The notes under the pieces are model-generated. The model made no database searches. It was not told where the DNA came from and worked only from the letters and a program-made list of their open reading frames with translations. The translations under genes were made by a program, and so were the position numbers. From an uncultured Microbacter sp. (GTDB lineage: Bacteria > Bacteroidota > Bacteroidia > Bacteroidales > Paludibacteraceae): a DNA stretch of 64,000 nucleotides. Positions 29,160 to 40,640 of the stretch are shown in pieces; positions within the stretch are counted from its first letter, which is position 1; each line of letters opens with the position of its first letter. The stretch is from assembly GCA_963678825.2 (NCBI GenBank), contig CAXXPB010000042.1, positions 87,344 to 151,343 of the forward strand, in the 5' to 3' direction.

Positions 29160-30845
29160 ATGAGTACATTTATTCAACTGACCCTCTTCTTAGGGGCACT
29201 TATCCTTCTGACTCCCATTTTGGGGAAATATATAAAGAAGGTAATTGGCGGAGAGAAACACTTCCTGACACCGGTTTTCGGATGGCTCGAACGGTTAATC
29301 TATCGCTTTTGCGGTGTCGATCCGCAACAAGAGATGAACTGGAAGCAATATCTGTTTGCTTTGCTTTGGTTCAATTTCTTTGGCTTTGTGGTTGTATTTA
29401 CCCTGCAAATGACGCAAGCCTGGCTACCGCTGAATCCGGCTAAAGTGCCGAATACTTCCTGGCACCTTGCCTTAAACACGGCCATCAGTTTTGTTACCAA
29501 CACCAACTGGCAATCGTACAGCGGCGAAAGCACGATGAGTTATCTCACGCAAATGGCGGCTCTTGGCGTACAGAACTTTTTAAGTGCGGCAACCGGTTTG
29601 GCGGTATTAATCGCACTAATGAAAGGCCTGATCAAAAACACGAAGCAACAACTCGGAAACTTTTGGGTAGACCTGACCCGTTCGGTAATTTACATACTTC
29701 TCCCGCTATCTATCCTCTTTGCGGTGGTTTTGGTAAGTCAGGGCGTTGTGCAAACATTCTCGACCTATACCGATACTACAACGCTGGAAGGCGTTAAGCA
29801 GGTCATTCCGCTTGGTCCGGCAGCCTCACAAATTGCCATCAAACAACTGGGAACCAATGGCGGAGGCTTCTTCGGCGTAAACAGCGCCCATCCGTTTGAA
29901 AATCCGACACCTTTCTCCAATTTTCTGGAAATGCTTGCCTTGCTGCTTATTCCAGCAGCATTGACATACACTTACGGACTCTTTATCGGTTCCAAAAAAC
30001 AGGGATGGACACTTTTCGGTGCCATGCTGATTATTTTGTGCGTAGGTCTGGGCGTGTCGCTTTATGCCGAATACGCGGCCAATCCGGCATTGCATATTGC
30101 AGGTTCGATGGAGGGAAAGGAGACCCGGTTTGGCATCGTGAACAGCATTATTTGGTCGACATCTACCACAGTTGCTTCCAACGGTTCGGTGAATGCGATG
30201 CACGACAGTCTCTCTCCGCTGGCCGGTTTGGTTGCCATGTTCAATATGATGCTGGGTGAAGTGGTTTTTGGAGGCGTTGGTTCCGGCTTGTACGGCATGA
30301 TAGCTTTTGTAATACTGACCGTTTTTATTGCCGGACTGATGGTGGGACGTACTCCCGAATATCTGGGAAAGAAAATTGAATCGTTCGAGGTGCGGATGGC
30401 GCTGATTGCCGTATTGGCTCCGGCTGTCTGTATCCTTGCCTTCACGGCCATAGCCGTCAGTACACATGCCGGGCTTGCCGGGTTAAACAATAAAGGGCCG
30501 CACGGCTTGTCGGAAATACTCTATGCCTTCACTTCAGCTTGTGGCAACAACGGCAGCGCTTTTGCCGGACTCTCGACCAATACTCCGTTTTATAATGTGC
30601 TATTATCGATATGTATGCTGGTTGGCCGCTTTGGAGTCATTATTCCGATGATGGCAATTGCAGGCAGTATGGCCGGAAAGAAAGTAACGCCGGTCTCTTC
30701 AGGTACGTTTCATACTGACAACGGGATGTTTCTCATACTATTGATTTCTGTTATCATTATTGTCGGCGGATTGACTTTTTTCCCGGCTCTTTCATTGGGT
30801 CCGATTCTGGAACACCTGCTGATGCATGCAGGAATGACGTTTTGA
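29160..30845 (+). CDS. kdpA: K+-transporting ATPase subunit A
   Basis: TNTNWQSYSGE, LGTNGGG, SNGS, NNGSAFAGL. Confidence 0.97.
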   Translation: MSTFIQLTLFLGALILLTPILGKYIKKVIGGEKHFLTPVFGWLERLIYRFCGVDPQQEMNWKQYLFALLWFNFFGFVVVFTLQMTQAWLPLNPAKVPNTSWHLALNTAISFVTNTNWQSYSGESTMSYLTQMAALGVQNFLSAATGLAVLIALMKGLIKNTKQQLGNFWVDLTRSVIYILLPLSILFAVVLVSQGVVQTFSTYTDTTTLEGVKQVIPLGPAASQIAIKQLGTNGGGFFGVNSAHPFENPTPFSNFLEMLALLLIPAALTYTYGLFIGSKKQGWTLFGAMLIILCVGLGVSLYAEYAANPALHIAGSMEGKETRFGIVNSIIWSTSTTVASNGSVNAMHDSLSPLAGLVAMFNMMLGEVVFGGVGSGLYGMIAFVILTVFIAGLMVGRTPEYLGKKIESFEVRMALIAVLAPAVCILAFTAIAVSTHAGLAGLNNKGPHGLSEILYAFTSACGNNGSAFAGLSTNTPFYNVLLSICMLVGRFGVIIPMMAIAGSMAGKKVTPVSSGTFHTDNGMFLILLISVIIIVGGLTFFPALSLGPILEHLLMHAGMTF

Positions 30846-30925
30846 TTTGAAAATTTGAGAATTTGAAAATGTGAAAATGAAATCTGTAATGTCTGAAAAA
30901 TTGAACATTAAACATTAAACAATCA

Positions 30926-33010
30926 ATGAGTACACAAGATAAAAAATCGTCGCAGCTGTTTAACCGGAAACTATTGATTCCGGCACTGAAAGACTCTGTC
31001 TTAAAGCTGCATCCGGGTAAACTGATCCAAAATCCAATCATCTTTATCGTTGGACTGGGTGCCGTACTGACAACCGGAATTGTTGTCGCAAATCTGTTTG
31101 CGGGTCACTTTTCTTCTTTCGACTTCCAGATTACCGTCTGGCTGTGGTTTACCGTTTTGTTTGCCAACTTCTCCGAAGCCATTGCCGAAGGAAGGGGAAA
31201 AGCTCAGGCGGAGACCCTGAAAAAGAGCCGGACACAAACCAAAGCCCGTCGCATGAAAGGAGACAAAGAAGAGTTGGTTTGGGCAACCGAATTGACACGC
31301 GGCGATCTGGTTGTGTGTGAAACCGGCGATCTGATTCCGGCCGACGGAGATGTGATTGAAGGTATTGCCAGCGTGGACGAATCTGCCATTACCGGCGAAT
31401 CGGCACCTGTAATCCGCGAGAGCGGAGGCGACCGTTGTGCTGTGACCGGCGGCACCAAGGTATTGAGTGACAAAATCATCATCAAGGTAACTTCCGAACC
31501 CGGCGATACCTTCCTCGATCGTATGATTGCACTGGTGGAAGGTGCCAAACGGAAAAAAACCCCCAACGAAATTGCCCTGAACAACCTGTTGCTCGGACTG
31601 ACAGCCATCTTCCTGATTGCGGTCATCACCCTGCCTCCGTTGTTCAACTACAACCTTACAGGGCAGCAATCGACTTTAAGCCTCACTATTTTGGTAGCGT
31701 TGTTGGTTTGCTTGATTCCAACCACCATTGGCGGCCTGTTGAGCGCGATCGGCATTAGTGGCATGGATCGTTTGTTGCAGAAAAATGTGATTGCCACCAG
31801 TGGAAAAGCCGTCGAAGCCGCAGGCGATGTGGATGTGCTGATGCTCGATAAGACCGGTACCATCACGCTCGGGAACCGCATGGCGACGGATTTTGTTACT
31901 GCCGACGGCGTATCGAAAGACGAACTGGCCGATGCAGCACAACTTTCGTCGCTGGCTGATGAGACACCCGAAGGCCGCTCAATTGTGGTATTGGCAAAAG
32001 AAAAATTCCATCTGCGCGAACGCCATATTCACGAAAATGACATCACATTCGTTCCTTTCACGGCACAATCACGGATGAGCGGAGTAGATATTCGTCTTCC
32101 GAACGGGAAAGTGCGTTCCATTCGGAAAGGAGCTACCGATGCTATCCGCAAATTTGTGCAAAACAACAATGGATTTTTTCCTCAAAATGTAACGGATAAA
32201 GTAGTCGAACTTTCGGGGCAGGGAGCCACCCCTCTGGTTGTTGCCGACGGTGATCGGGTGTTGGGCGTGATTCACCTCAAGGATATTGTGAAAGGCGGCA
32301 TCAAACATCGCTTTGCTCAGTTACGTACCATGGGCATTAAAACCGTGATGGTGACAGGTGATAACCCGTTAACAGCTGCCGCCATTGCCGCCGAAGCCGG
32401 GGTGGATGATTTTATCGCCGAAGCAAAACCGGAGGACAAGCTTTCCCGCATTCGTCAGGAACAGGCAAACGGACACCTTGTAGGTATGATTGGTGACGGC
32501 ACCAATGATGCTCCCGCTTTGGCGCAGGCCGATATCGGCATTGCGATGAACAGTGGCACACAGGCTGCCCGCGAAGCCGGCAATATGGTCGATCTGGATA
32601 GCAATCCGACCAAATTGATTGAAGTGGTGGAAACCGGCAAACAGTTGCTGATGACCCGGGGTTCGCTCACTACCTTCAGTATCGCCAACGACGTATCAAA
32701 ATATTTTGCCATCATTCCTGCTATTGCTGCGGGATTGTATGCCGGTGCAAACGGTCAGGGAGTGTTGTCGGCACTCAACATCATGCATCTTGCCACCCCC
32801 CAAAGCGCTATACTCAGCGCGGTTATTTTCAATGCACTGATCATTGTCTTGCTCATTCCGTTAGCATTGAAAGGTGTGAAGTACCGTCCGCTTTCGTCGA
32901 ACCGTATTTTGGCCAAAAACCTGCTGGTATATGGTTTGGGTGGGCTGGTGGTGCCTTTTATCGGCATCAAACTAATAGACATTACGTTACAGCTTTTACA
33001 TTGCATTTAA
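30926..33010 (+). CDS. kdpB: K+-transporting ATPase subunit B
   Basis: [19 protein letters not shown]. Confidence 0.97.
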   Translation: MSTQDKKSSQLFNRKLLIPALKDSVLKLHPGKLIQNPIIFIVGLGAVLTTGIVVANLFAGHFSSFDFQITVWLWFTVLFANFSEAIAEGRGKAQAETLKKSRTQTKARRMKGDKEELVWATELTRGDLVVCETGDLIPADGDVIEGIASVDESAITGESAPVIRESGGDRCAVTGGTKVLSDKIIIKVTSEPGDTFLDRMIALVEGAKRKKTPNEIALNNLLLGLTAIFLIAVITLPPLFNYNLTGQQSTLSLTILVALLVCLIPTTIGGLLSAIGISGMDRLLQKNVIATSGKAVEAAGDVDVLMLDKTGTITLGNRMATDFVTADGVSKDELADAAQLSSLADETPEGRSIVVLAKEKFHLRERHIHENDITFVPFTAQSRMSGVDIRLPNGKVRSIRKGATDAIRKFVQNNNGFFPQNVTDKVVELSGQGATPLVVADGDRVLGVIHLKDIVKGGIKHRFAQLRTMGIKTVMVTGDNPLTAAAIAAEAGVDDFIAEAKPEDKLSRIRQEQANGHLVGMIGDGTNDAPALAQADIGIAMNSGTQAAREAGNMVDLDSNPTKLIEVVETGKQLLMTRGSLTTFSIANDVSKYFAIIPAIAAGLYAGANGQGVLSALNIMHLATPQSAILSAVIFNALIIVLLIPLALKGVKYRPLSSNRILAKNLLVYGLGGLVVPFIGIKLIDITLQLLHCI

Positions 33011-33035
33011 CTCTCACAATATTAAATTATTGAAA

Positions 33036-33476
33036 ATGAAAACGAAATTATTAATGACTTTATTACTAATCAGTCAGTTATTATCTATCACATCCTGTTC
33101 TTCGCAAAAAGGACAATCAGGCAAAGGTAATATTACCGAATCAGACTGGGGTTTGGTATCTGTCAAAGCGGCCACAAGCGATTCGTTGTTGATGCCCCTG
33201 AAAGAAGAAGTACCCACCCTGAACGTTTTAACCGACGGCACAATAAAAGGCACTACTGGGTGCAATAGTTTTGAGGGTCAGGTGGCCGTAACCGGCTATA
33301 ACCTGAAGTTCGGGAACCTGCTCTTTACTCATGTGTCGTGTCCCGATAGAACCATCGAAAGCGCTTTTTATGCCACGCTCGATTCGACGGATAACTATAC
33401 GGTTGATCACGGCCATCTTTTATTGAAAAAAGGAGATAAAGTCCTGGCTAAATTTATGCCGCTGGATATGCGTTGA
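33036..33476 (+). CDS. META (HslJ-like) domain lipoprotein
   Basis: Lipobox ITSC, GTTGCNSFEG, THVSCP. Confidence 0.8.
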   Translation: MKTKLLMTLLLISQLLSITSCSSQKGQSGKGNITESDWGLVSVKAATSDSLLMPLKEEVPTLNVLTDGTIKGTTGCNSFEGQVAVTGYNLKFGNLLFTHVSCPDRTIESAFYATLDSTDNYTVDHGHLLLKKGDKVLAKFMPLDMR

Positions 33477-33530
33477 ATAGCAAACACCGCAATTCGGGGC
33501 TATTCGTTTTAATTAATAAACTTTGAAATA

Positions 33531-34265
33531 ATGTATAAGATTCATAGATTTTCGATGCTAAAATTTTGTGCAGTTGTTGCTTTTACTGTTGTGTTCTTTC
33601 CGGTAAAAGCACAAAATAACAATAACCATTTTTCTATTTCGGCCGATGTTGTTAGTTCCTACGTCTGGCGAGGTGTAGCACAAGAAGGTTCGCGGGGCGG
33701 TTCTCCCAATGTTCAGCCGACCGTTTCGTATATCAATGGTGCTTTCTGTGTCGGAGCATGGGGCTCGTACGCATTTTCAGGCAATGTCAAGGAAGTTGAC
33801 CTGTATGCAACCCTGTCGTTACCCGATGCATTCTCTGTTACCGTTACAGATTACAACTGGAATAACGGAAACGATGGCAGCATCGGATATTTCAACTATA
33901 AGAATGGTAAAACGGGTCACGTTTTTGAAGGGACGCTGGCTTACGGAGGAACAAAATCTTTTCCTTTGTCAATCGCATGGAACACTATGTTATACGGTGC
34001 TGACAAAAAGACTAACGGCAATCAGGCGTTCTCTACTTACGTAGAATTAGGCTTGCCAATTACTTCGAACGTCAAAGCTTTTCTCGGCACCTCTCTGTTC
34101 GATAGTCCTAATTATTATAACAATGGTTTTTCTGTTATCAACCTTGGTCTTAAAGTGTCGAAAGAGATAAAATTTTCCGATTCTTTCAGCCTGCCTGTTT
34201 ATGGAATTATCGGAGCGAATCCTCAGTCCGAGAAAGCCTTCTTCATAGCAGGCGTTACATTGTAA
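33531..34265 (+). CDS. Outer-membrane beta-barrel (TorF-like putative porin)
   Basis: Signal peptide, SSYVWRG..Q, GAWGS, EVDLY. Confidence 0.7.
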   Translation: MYKIHRFSMLKFCAVVAFTVVFFPVKAQNNNNHFSISADVVSSYVWRGVAQEGSRGGSPNVQPTVSYINGAFCVGAWGSYAFSGNVKEVDLYATLSLPDAFSVTVTDYNWNNGNDGSIGYFNYKNGKTGHVFEGTLAYGGTKSFPLSIAWNTMLYGADKKTNGNQAFSTYVELGLPITSNVKAFLGTSLFDSPNYYNNGFSVINLGLKVSKEIKFSDSFSLPVYGIIGANPQSEKAFFIAGVTL

Positions 34266-34284
34266 AAAACAAAATTATAAACGT

Positions 34285-34860
34285 ATGAAAAAGTCTATAT
34301 TATCCGGTTTAAAAATATTACTGGCATTCACCGTGCTGACCGGAATGGTTTATCCCTTAATGATCACGGGGATTGCACAAGTAGCGTTTCCTCATCAGTC
34401 GAATGGAAGCATTGTTTCCATTGAAGGGAAAGCCCGTGGCTCGGAGCTGCTGGGGCAAGAGTTCAAAAGCGACCGCTACTTCTGGTCGCGGCCTTCGGCG
34501 TGCAGTTATGCCACGTTGCCTTCGGGAGCTTCCAATTGGGGTCCGACCAGCGACACTTTGCGCAAGACGATTGAAAAGCGAAGAGAGAATTTTATTATTA
34601 CCAATCGTCTACCGTTGAATACGGTGATGCCCAACGAAATGCTGACTGCGTCCGGTAGCGGGCTTGATCCGCACATTTTGCCCGAAAGCGCCACGCTTCA
34701 GATTGAAAGAGTAACATCGGCGCGTCATTTTTCACCGTCTCAATCGCAACAATTACATCAATTGGTAGCAAATCATACCGAACAACCTCAGTTCGGTTGC
34801 CTGGGAGAAAAACGGGTAAATGTTCTTGCATTGAACCGTGATCTGGATTTGTTGCGATAA
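34285..34860 (+). CDS. kdpC: K+-transporting ATPase subunit C
   Basis: GSELLGQ, YFWSRPS, TASGSGLDPHI, VNVLALN. Confidence 0.96.
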   Translation: MKKSILSGLKILLAFTVLTGMVYPLMITGIAQVAFPHQSNGSIVSIEGKARGSELLGQEFKSDRYFWSRPSACSYATLPSGASNWGPTSDTLRKTIEKRRENFIITNRLPLNTVMPNEMLTASGSGLDPHILPESATLQIERVTSARHFSPSQSQQLHQLVANHTEQPQFGCLGEKRVNVLALNRDLDLLR

Positions 34861-34996
34861 TTCGCGGTATATTTGCATACAAATGATAATAAAAACAGAA
34901 AATAACAAACCGACTTAAAATTTTACCATTAAGAAATTCAAATGATTAAGTGAAATCTTCATTCTCTTAATGCCTTCATGGTAAATAGATGTTTTT

Positions 34997-37696
34997 ATGA
35001 ATGTTTACGACGAAAACCGTCCTGATCCGGACGAACTGCTGGCTTCGTTGAAGGAGCAGGAGGATAAAAACAAGTTGGGCAAGCTGAAAATATTCTTCGG
35101 CATGTGCGCCGGTGTGGGTAAAACGTACACCATGTTGCAGGCTGCTCATCTGGAAAAGAACAAAAAAGCGGATGTGGTGATCGGGTATGTGGAAACACAC
35201 GGTCGCCCGGAAACGGAACAACTGGTGGAAGGATTGGAGATTATTCCTCCTTACCAGATCGTTTACAGGGGAACGCAATTCCGGGAGGTGGATATCGATG
35301 CTATTATTGCCCGTAAGCCGCAGGTGGTTCTTATCGATGAACTGGCGCATACCAATGCTCCTGGCAGTCGTCATGCGAAACGGTATCAGGATGTACAGGA
35401 GTTGATTAACAATGGAATCGACGTGTATGCAACCCTGAATGTGCAGCACATCGAGAGCCGAACCGATACGGTAACGCAAATCACAGGCGTTGCCATTCGC
35501 GAAACAGTACCCGACGATGTGTTGGAAGCGGCCGATGAGGTGGAACTGGTCGATCTGACTGCCGATGAGTTGCTTCAGCGTCTTGCCGATGGGAAAGTGT
35601 ATACTCCCGAACGATCGCAAGAGGCGGTGCGCAACTTCTTCCGGAAAGGGAACGTCACGGCTTTGCGAGAGATGTCGCTCCGGTTGGTAGCCGACAGGGT
35701 CGATAAGCAGTTACGGGAATATATGCAAACCCGTCGTATTCCCGGTCCGTGGAAAACAGGACTTCGTCTAATGGTGGCCATTGGCCCGAGTCCTTATTCG
35801 GCCTGGCTTATTCGCTGGGCCAAGAGTCTTTCGTATACCATGGATGCCTCACTAACGGCACTCTACGTGCAGAAAGCCGAAACGCTTTCGCCGGAGGATC
35901 AGGATCAGCTCAATAAAAATATTGCTTTGGCTAAACAGTTGGGAGCGCACTATCTCTCCACTACCGACGAAGATCTTTCGCGGGGAATACTGGCCATTGC
36001 CCAACGCGAAAATATTACCCATATCCTTGTCGGCAAATCGCAACGAAAAGGGCTGCATCAGTTGCTACGTCGTGATTTGGTTTCCAAACTTATTCACGAG
36101 AGTGGAGATATCGATATTTATGTGGTCGGAGCCAAGGAGGTGGCTAAAAAACAGCGTCATTTTACGTTTGCTTCGTCCGAATTCAGCTCGTCACCCAAAG
36201 CTTATCTGGCAAGTGCTGCGGCGATGCTGCTCACGGTATTTCTTTGTTATCTATGCAAAGGCTTTGTGGGCTATCAGGTTGTCTCCTATATCTTGTTGTT
36301 TGCCGTTTCGCTGGTGGCTCTTTTTTTCAGTACGGGGCCTATCCTGCTGGCTGCGGGACTAGGGGCATTATTCTGGGATTTTTTCTTTATCAATCCGCCG
36401 CTTACCTTTTACATTGCCAAGCCGGAAGATCTGATGATGTTCGGCACTTTCTTTTCGGTGGCAATCATCAATGGCATTTTAACTACCCGTTTACGCGGAC
36501 AGCAACGGTTGGCACGCGACCGCGAACAGCGTACAAACGCTTTGTACGAACTGTCGAAGGTGTTGGCTTCGGCCTCCGGAACGCAGGAGGTGATCGATCA
36601 GGCCGTGATGCACATACGCAAATACTTCAATATTGAAAGCGCGATCCTTTTGGGCGAAGACGATACCGGTTTGCAAACCTCCTTGTTGCCGGTGGATACT
36701 AAAATGCAACTGCAGACTGCAGAGCATAGCATTGCCGCCTGGGTATATAAACATGGGCGAAAAGCCGGAAAATATACCGACACCCTGCCGGCTACCGATC
36801 TCACTTTTTATCCGTTGAAAGGAAAAAGAATCAATACGGGAGTGTTGCTGGTGAAGCCCCACAAGCCGTTTCATGGAGAGATGGAGCTGTTTTGGGATAC
36901 GTTTCGAGTGCAGCTTACCAATGCGCTGGAACGCGAACAGCTCAACGAGGTTGCCCGCCGGGCTTCGGTGCTCAATGAATCGGAGAAGCTCTATAAAACG
37001 CTGTTCAATTCCATTTCGCACGAACTGCGCATTCCGGTATCGACACTGATGGGTGCCTCCGAAACGCTGTTGCAGCATAACGACGATGCCGAACTGCGGC
37101 AACAACTGGCGCAGGAAATTTTTTCAGCATCCGACCGTTTGAACCGCCTGATCGAAAACCTGCTCAACATGTCGCGCCTGGAGTCGGATCGCATCACACC
37201 GTCTATCAATTGGCACGACGTGCACGACCTTGCCAACAAAGTGCTTACAGATTTGCGCGACGAACTGGAACCATTCAATGTTGAGGTGATCATTCCCGAA
37301 AATATGCCGCTGGTTAAATTTGATTTCGGATTGATGGAACAGGTGGTACACAATCTGGTGTACAATGCCACCCAACACTCGCAACCCAAAACCACTATAC
37401 GAATCAAATTTTATTACGATCATCATCATTTGGTTATTCAGGTAATGGACAGAGGAACCGGTTTTCCTCCCGAATCTATTCCCTATCTTTGCAATAAATT
37501 CTACCGGGCCAACAATCGCGTTGCCGGAGGCATCGGCCTCGGGTTATCTATCGTAAAAGGGTTTGTGGATGCACATCAGGGAACTATCCGGTTTGAAAAT
37601 CGCGCACATGGCGGCGCCCTGATTACCATCAAGATACCGACCGGGAAATACACAATCGAAAATAAGGAAGATAACGAAGCACACGAAACACACTAA
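34997..37696 (+). CDS. kdpD: Sensor histidine kinase KdpD
   Basis: GMCAGVGKT, DELAHTN, USP, TM, GAF, SHELRIP, GIGLGL. Confidence 0.95.
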   Translation: MNVYDENRPDPDELLASLKEQEDKNKLGKLKIFFGMCAGVGKTYTMLQAAHLEKNKKADVVIGYVETHGRPETEQLVEGLEIIPPYQIVYRGTQFREVDIDAIIARKPQVVLIDELAHTNAPGSRHAKRYQDVQELINNGIDVYATLNVQHIESRTDTVTQITGVAIRETVPDDVLEAADEVELVDLTADELLQRLADGKVYTPERSQEAVRNFFRKGNVTALREMSLRLVADRVDKQLREYMQTRRIPGPWKTGLRLMVAIGPSPYSAWLIRWAKSLSYTMDASLTALYVQKAETLSPEDQDQLNKNIALAKQLGAHYLSTTDEDLSRGILAIAQRENITHILVGKSQRKGLHQLLRRDLVSKLIHESGDIDIYVVGAKEVAKKQRHFTFASSEFSSSPKAYLASAAAMLLTVFLCYLCKGFVGYQVVSYILLFAVSLVALFFSTGPILLAAGLGALFWDFFFINPPLTFYIAKPEDLMMFGTFFSVAIINGILTTRLRGQQRLARDREQRTNALYELSKVLASASGTQEVIDQAVMHIRKYFNIESAILLGEDDTGLQTSLLPVDTKMQLQTAEHSIAAWVYKHGRKAGKYTDTLPATDLTFYPLKGKRINTGVLLVKPHKPFHGEMELFWDTFRVQLTNALEREQLNEVARRASVLNESEKLYKTLFNSISHELRIPVSTLMGASETLLQHNDDAELRQQLAQEIFSASDRLNRLIENLLNMSRLESDRITPSINWHDVHDLANKVLTDLRDELEPFNVEVIIPENMPLVKFDFGLMEQVVHNLVYNATQHSQPKTTIRIKFYYDHHHLVIQVMDRGTGFPPESIPYLCNKFYRANNRVAGGIGLGLSIVKGFVDAHQGTIRFENRAHGGALITIKIPTGKYTIENKEDNEAHETH

Positions 37697-37807
37697 CTAT
37701 TTCTTTAGCAGAATGGTATTGCTTCGATGTTTATCTGTTTCTTCCGTGCATTCTGTGTGCGAAAATAGTTCACTATCTTTGTCCTTTGCTCTTTTTTCTA
37801 AAAGAAT

Positions 37808-38488
37808 ATGGCTGAAACAATACTGATAATAGATGATGAAAGCGCTATAAGGCGTCTGCTTGAAATAACACTTCAATCAGGCGGCTACACTATTCTGGAA
37901 GCCACCACCGGTAAAGACGGACTGATGATGGCGGCCAGTCATAATCCGCATCTGGTCATTCTCGATTTGGGATTACCCGATATGGACGGACAGATGGTTC
38001 TGAAGAAATTGCGCGAATGGTATGCCGGGCCTGTTATCATCCTTTCGGTACGCAGTTCGGAAGAAGATATTGTAAAGGCTCTCGATAGCGGAGCCAACGA
38101 TTATCTTACCAAGCCGTTCCGCACGGGTGAGCTGTCGGCCCGCGTACGTTCATCACTCCGTTTTTCGGCTCAGGCAAACACCATGCACTCTGTTTTCACA
38201 TTCAACAATCTGGAGATTGACGCTGTGAATCATATAGTCAAGAAAAACGGAGAAGTGATAAAGCTTACCTCCACTGAATTTTCACTGTTGGCACTGATGG
38301 CAAAAAATGCAGGGAAAGTTCTCACTCACACTTTTATTCTGAAAGAGATATGGGGCTATAGTTATCTGGAACAGACACAATATCTGCGGGTATTTGTCGC
38401 CCAGTTGCGGAAGAAGTTAGAAGATAATCCCTCCCTGCCCGTCTACATCATTACAGAATCAGGTATCGGCTATCGTTTCTGCGAATAG
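37808..38488 (+). CDS. kdpE: Response regulator KdpE
   Basis: LDLGLPDMDG, YLRVFVAQLRKKLE, GIGYRF. Confidence 0.93.
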   Translation: MAETILIIDDESAIRRLLEITLQSGGYTILEATTGKDGLMMAASHNPHLVILDLGLPDMDGQMVLKKLREWYAGPVIILSVRSSEEDIVKALDSGANDYLTKPFRTGELSARVRSSLRFSAQANTMHSVFTFNNLEIDAVNHIVKKNGEVIKLTSTEFSLLALMAKNAGKVLTHTFILKEIWGYSYLEQTQYLRVFVAQLRKKLEDNPSLPVYIITESGIGYRFCE

Positions 38489-38495
38489 AAACGAT

Positions 38496-38748
38496 ATGAT
38501 TATCCGCTAAGCAACCGGCAAACACCGGAGGTGTTGACCCAATAATAACGTCGGGATTTATCCCGACAGGGAGGGAAGTCGCATTTTTCACATAACGCTT
38601 ACAGCGTTTCCCTACAAACGGGATACCACTACGCGGTTCAGTGATTATATTGACCATCTTTGTGCTTGCACCCGGATGAATCGGGGCGTTATTCTTGGGT
38701 TACGCCTTTGGCGTAGAAATACCGTTAGGTCATTATGCGGATAATTAT
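38496..38748. mobile_element. Palindromic non-autonomous element family A copy 2
   Basis: TIR ATTATCCGC.../...GCGGATAAT; colinear with 6569-6821. Confidence 0.78.
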
Positions 38749-38760
38749 ATAAAACAATAT

Positions 38761-40083
38761 TTATATTTTCCGGGCCCGCCAGTTTCCGAAATGAAAATAG
38801 AGGTAGCACATCGTACCAAGTCCAAGCCAATAGACGATTTCGGACATCCAGGCAATCGCCACCGACCAGTGAAACACAAAGTTCACCACATAGTTATAGG
38901 CCATATACACCACCAGCGTTGTCATATCGAAAAGCAATGCCATGCGCGTATTTCCGGTTCCGGATAGCGCGTTGAACCAGATACATCCGAAAGCAAACAC
39001 GAACAACACCACGCAAAAAACATACATAGAAGGAACTGCCGCATTAACTAATTCGCTGTTATCCGTATAAATAGACGCCAGTATCCTTGGAAATAGCGCT
39101 GCGAGAATAGCTACCGGAATCACCGCTCCGAGCGCCACACGAAATTGCCTGCGAATGGTGGGCAACACCTCATCCGTTCGGCCTTCCCCTATCAGATTAC
39201 TCACAATGGTGCTGATGGTTTGCCCGAATGCCATCACCGGCAAGCCTAACAACGAGTAGAGACTACGGATAATATTAGAAATAGCCAGCGGACGCTCTCC
39301 GGTTTGTTCAATAAACATAAAGAACAAGAACCAGGTCGACACAGACAAAAAGATCTGCATCATAATAAACAGGGATATATCGAGAATCTGACGAACCGTT
39401 TGCCAACTAAACCGATGTGTCTCAAACAAGCCGAAACGCTTTGTATCAATAGCTTTACATGTATAAATGAAATAGAACAACGTAGTAGCTGCTTCTGCAA
39501 TGACCGATGCCAGCGCTGCCCCTCCGATACCAAGGCGTGGCAATCCCCAGTGCCCAAAGATTAACGGATAGTTAAGCAGAACATTTACTCCCGTCGTGAT
39601 AAAAGCACTCAATGTCAGCACCTTTGTCCGCATCACACCCACATAGAATGCCCGAAACATCAGGTTTATAAACGCAAAGAAGAAACCAAAGATACGGAAA
39701 TTGAGGTATTCAATAGTGGCATTGCAAACAGCGTGCGAATGAACGAAAGAACGCATCAACGGAGCTGCAAAAAAGAAACTGAGCAGAAAAACAAATAGCG
39801 CCAGCAGCAAGGTAAAAATCATTCCCTGATTGAAGACTTCGCCTATCTGTCGGTAGTTTTGTTCGCCATTACGTCTGCCAATTAATATTTGTGAGCCGGA
39901 GCTGAACCCCATCCCAACCACAAACACGGCAAGATAAAACACACCGGCAAGAGCAGATGCGCCCAGCTCCACTTCCCCCACTCTTCCCAGAAAAGCAGAG
40001 TCGGTAAGATTCACCAGATTCTGAGCCAATAGCGTCAGAATTATCGGATAAGTAAGCTGCCAAATATGTTTAAGATTGTACAT
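38761..40083 (-). CDS. MATE family efflux transporter
   Basis: About 12 TMs, DSAFLGRVG, NYPLIFG..G.P.LGIGGAALAS. Confidence 0.92.
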   Translation of the reverse strand: MYNLKHIWQLTYPIILTLLAQNLVNLTDSAFLGRVGEVELGASALAGVFYLAVFVVGMGFSSGSQILIGRRNGEQNYRQIGEVFNQGMIFTLLLALFVFLLSFFFAAPLMRSFVHSHAVCNATIEYLNFRIFGFFFAFINLMFRAFYVGVMRTKVLTLSAFITTGVNVLLNYPLIFGHWGLPRLGIGGAALASVIAEAATTLFYFIYTCKAIDTKRFGLFETHRFSWQTVRQILDISLFIMMQIFLSVSTWFLFFMFIEQTGERPLAISNIIRSLYSLLGLPVMAFGQTISTIVSNLIGEGRTDEVLPTIRRQFRVALGAVIPVAILAALFPRILASIYTDNSELVNAAVPSMYVFCVVLFVFAFGCIWFNALSGTGNTRMALLFDMTTLVVYMAYNYVVNFVFHWSVAIAWMSEIVYWLGLGTMCYLYFHFGNWRARKI

Positions 40084-40143
40084 AGAATCAATTTTCGAAA
40101 GCATTATTATTTTACCATCATAATCCTTTGCATTTTTTTATTC

Positions 40144-40635
40144 TTTGCCTGCGGCAGGCCTTACTTTTTGACGCAAAAAGTAAGCAAAAACAGTGACGGA
40201 AACGAGGTACGAGTTCTATGTGTCCTTTAAAGAATAAACACATATCACATAAAAGAACTCGTTCGCTCGGCCATGAAGAGATTTCGCATTTAAGAATTAG
40301 ATAAGGAGCTTCCGCCCCTATGACCCCGGCTTCCTTTTTGTCTTGCCACAAAAAGGAAGCAAAAAAGTCAAGTCTATGCCCGCTTCGCTCAAAAAACCGG
40401 CGCTCGTCAAGCTAAATTGTCCAAACTTGCCCCTTCCTTTCGTCAGGAGCTTCAAACAATGGACAATTTCACGCTTGCCTCTCTTGTTTTTTTGCTCACC
40501 GGACAAGGCCGCCCTAATCTGACGTAGCATTCTTTGCCAAAATCTTAAATGATTAATTCCTACTCACTCAAACAGCTTTTCGTCGATTTGGTATTTTGTT
40601 TATCCTCCGGATCTGGTTGCCTCACAAATTAAAAA
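40144..40635. mobile_element. Composite palindromic element family F with two nested inserts
   Basis: Three blocks shared with 50823-51010, separated by inserts 40201-40252 and about 40296-40542. Confidence 0.75.
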
Positions 40636-40640
40636 TTGAG

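Noticed and set aside
29115-29160. kdpF
   Set aside because: No small hydrophobic ORF found upstream of kdpA
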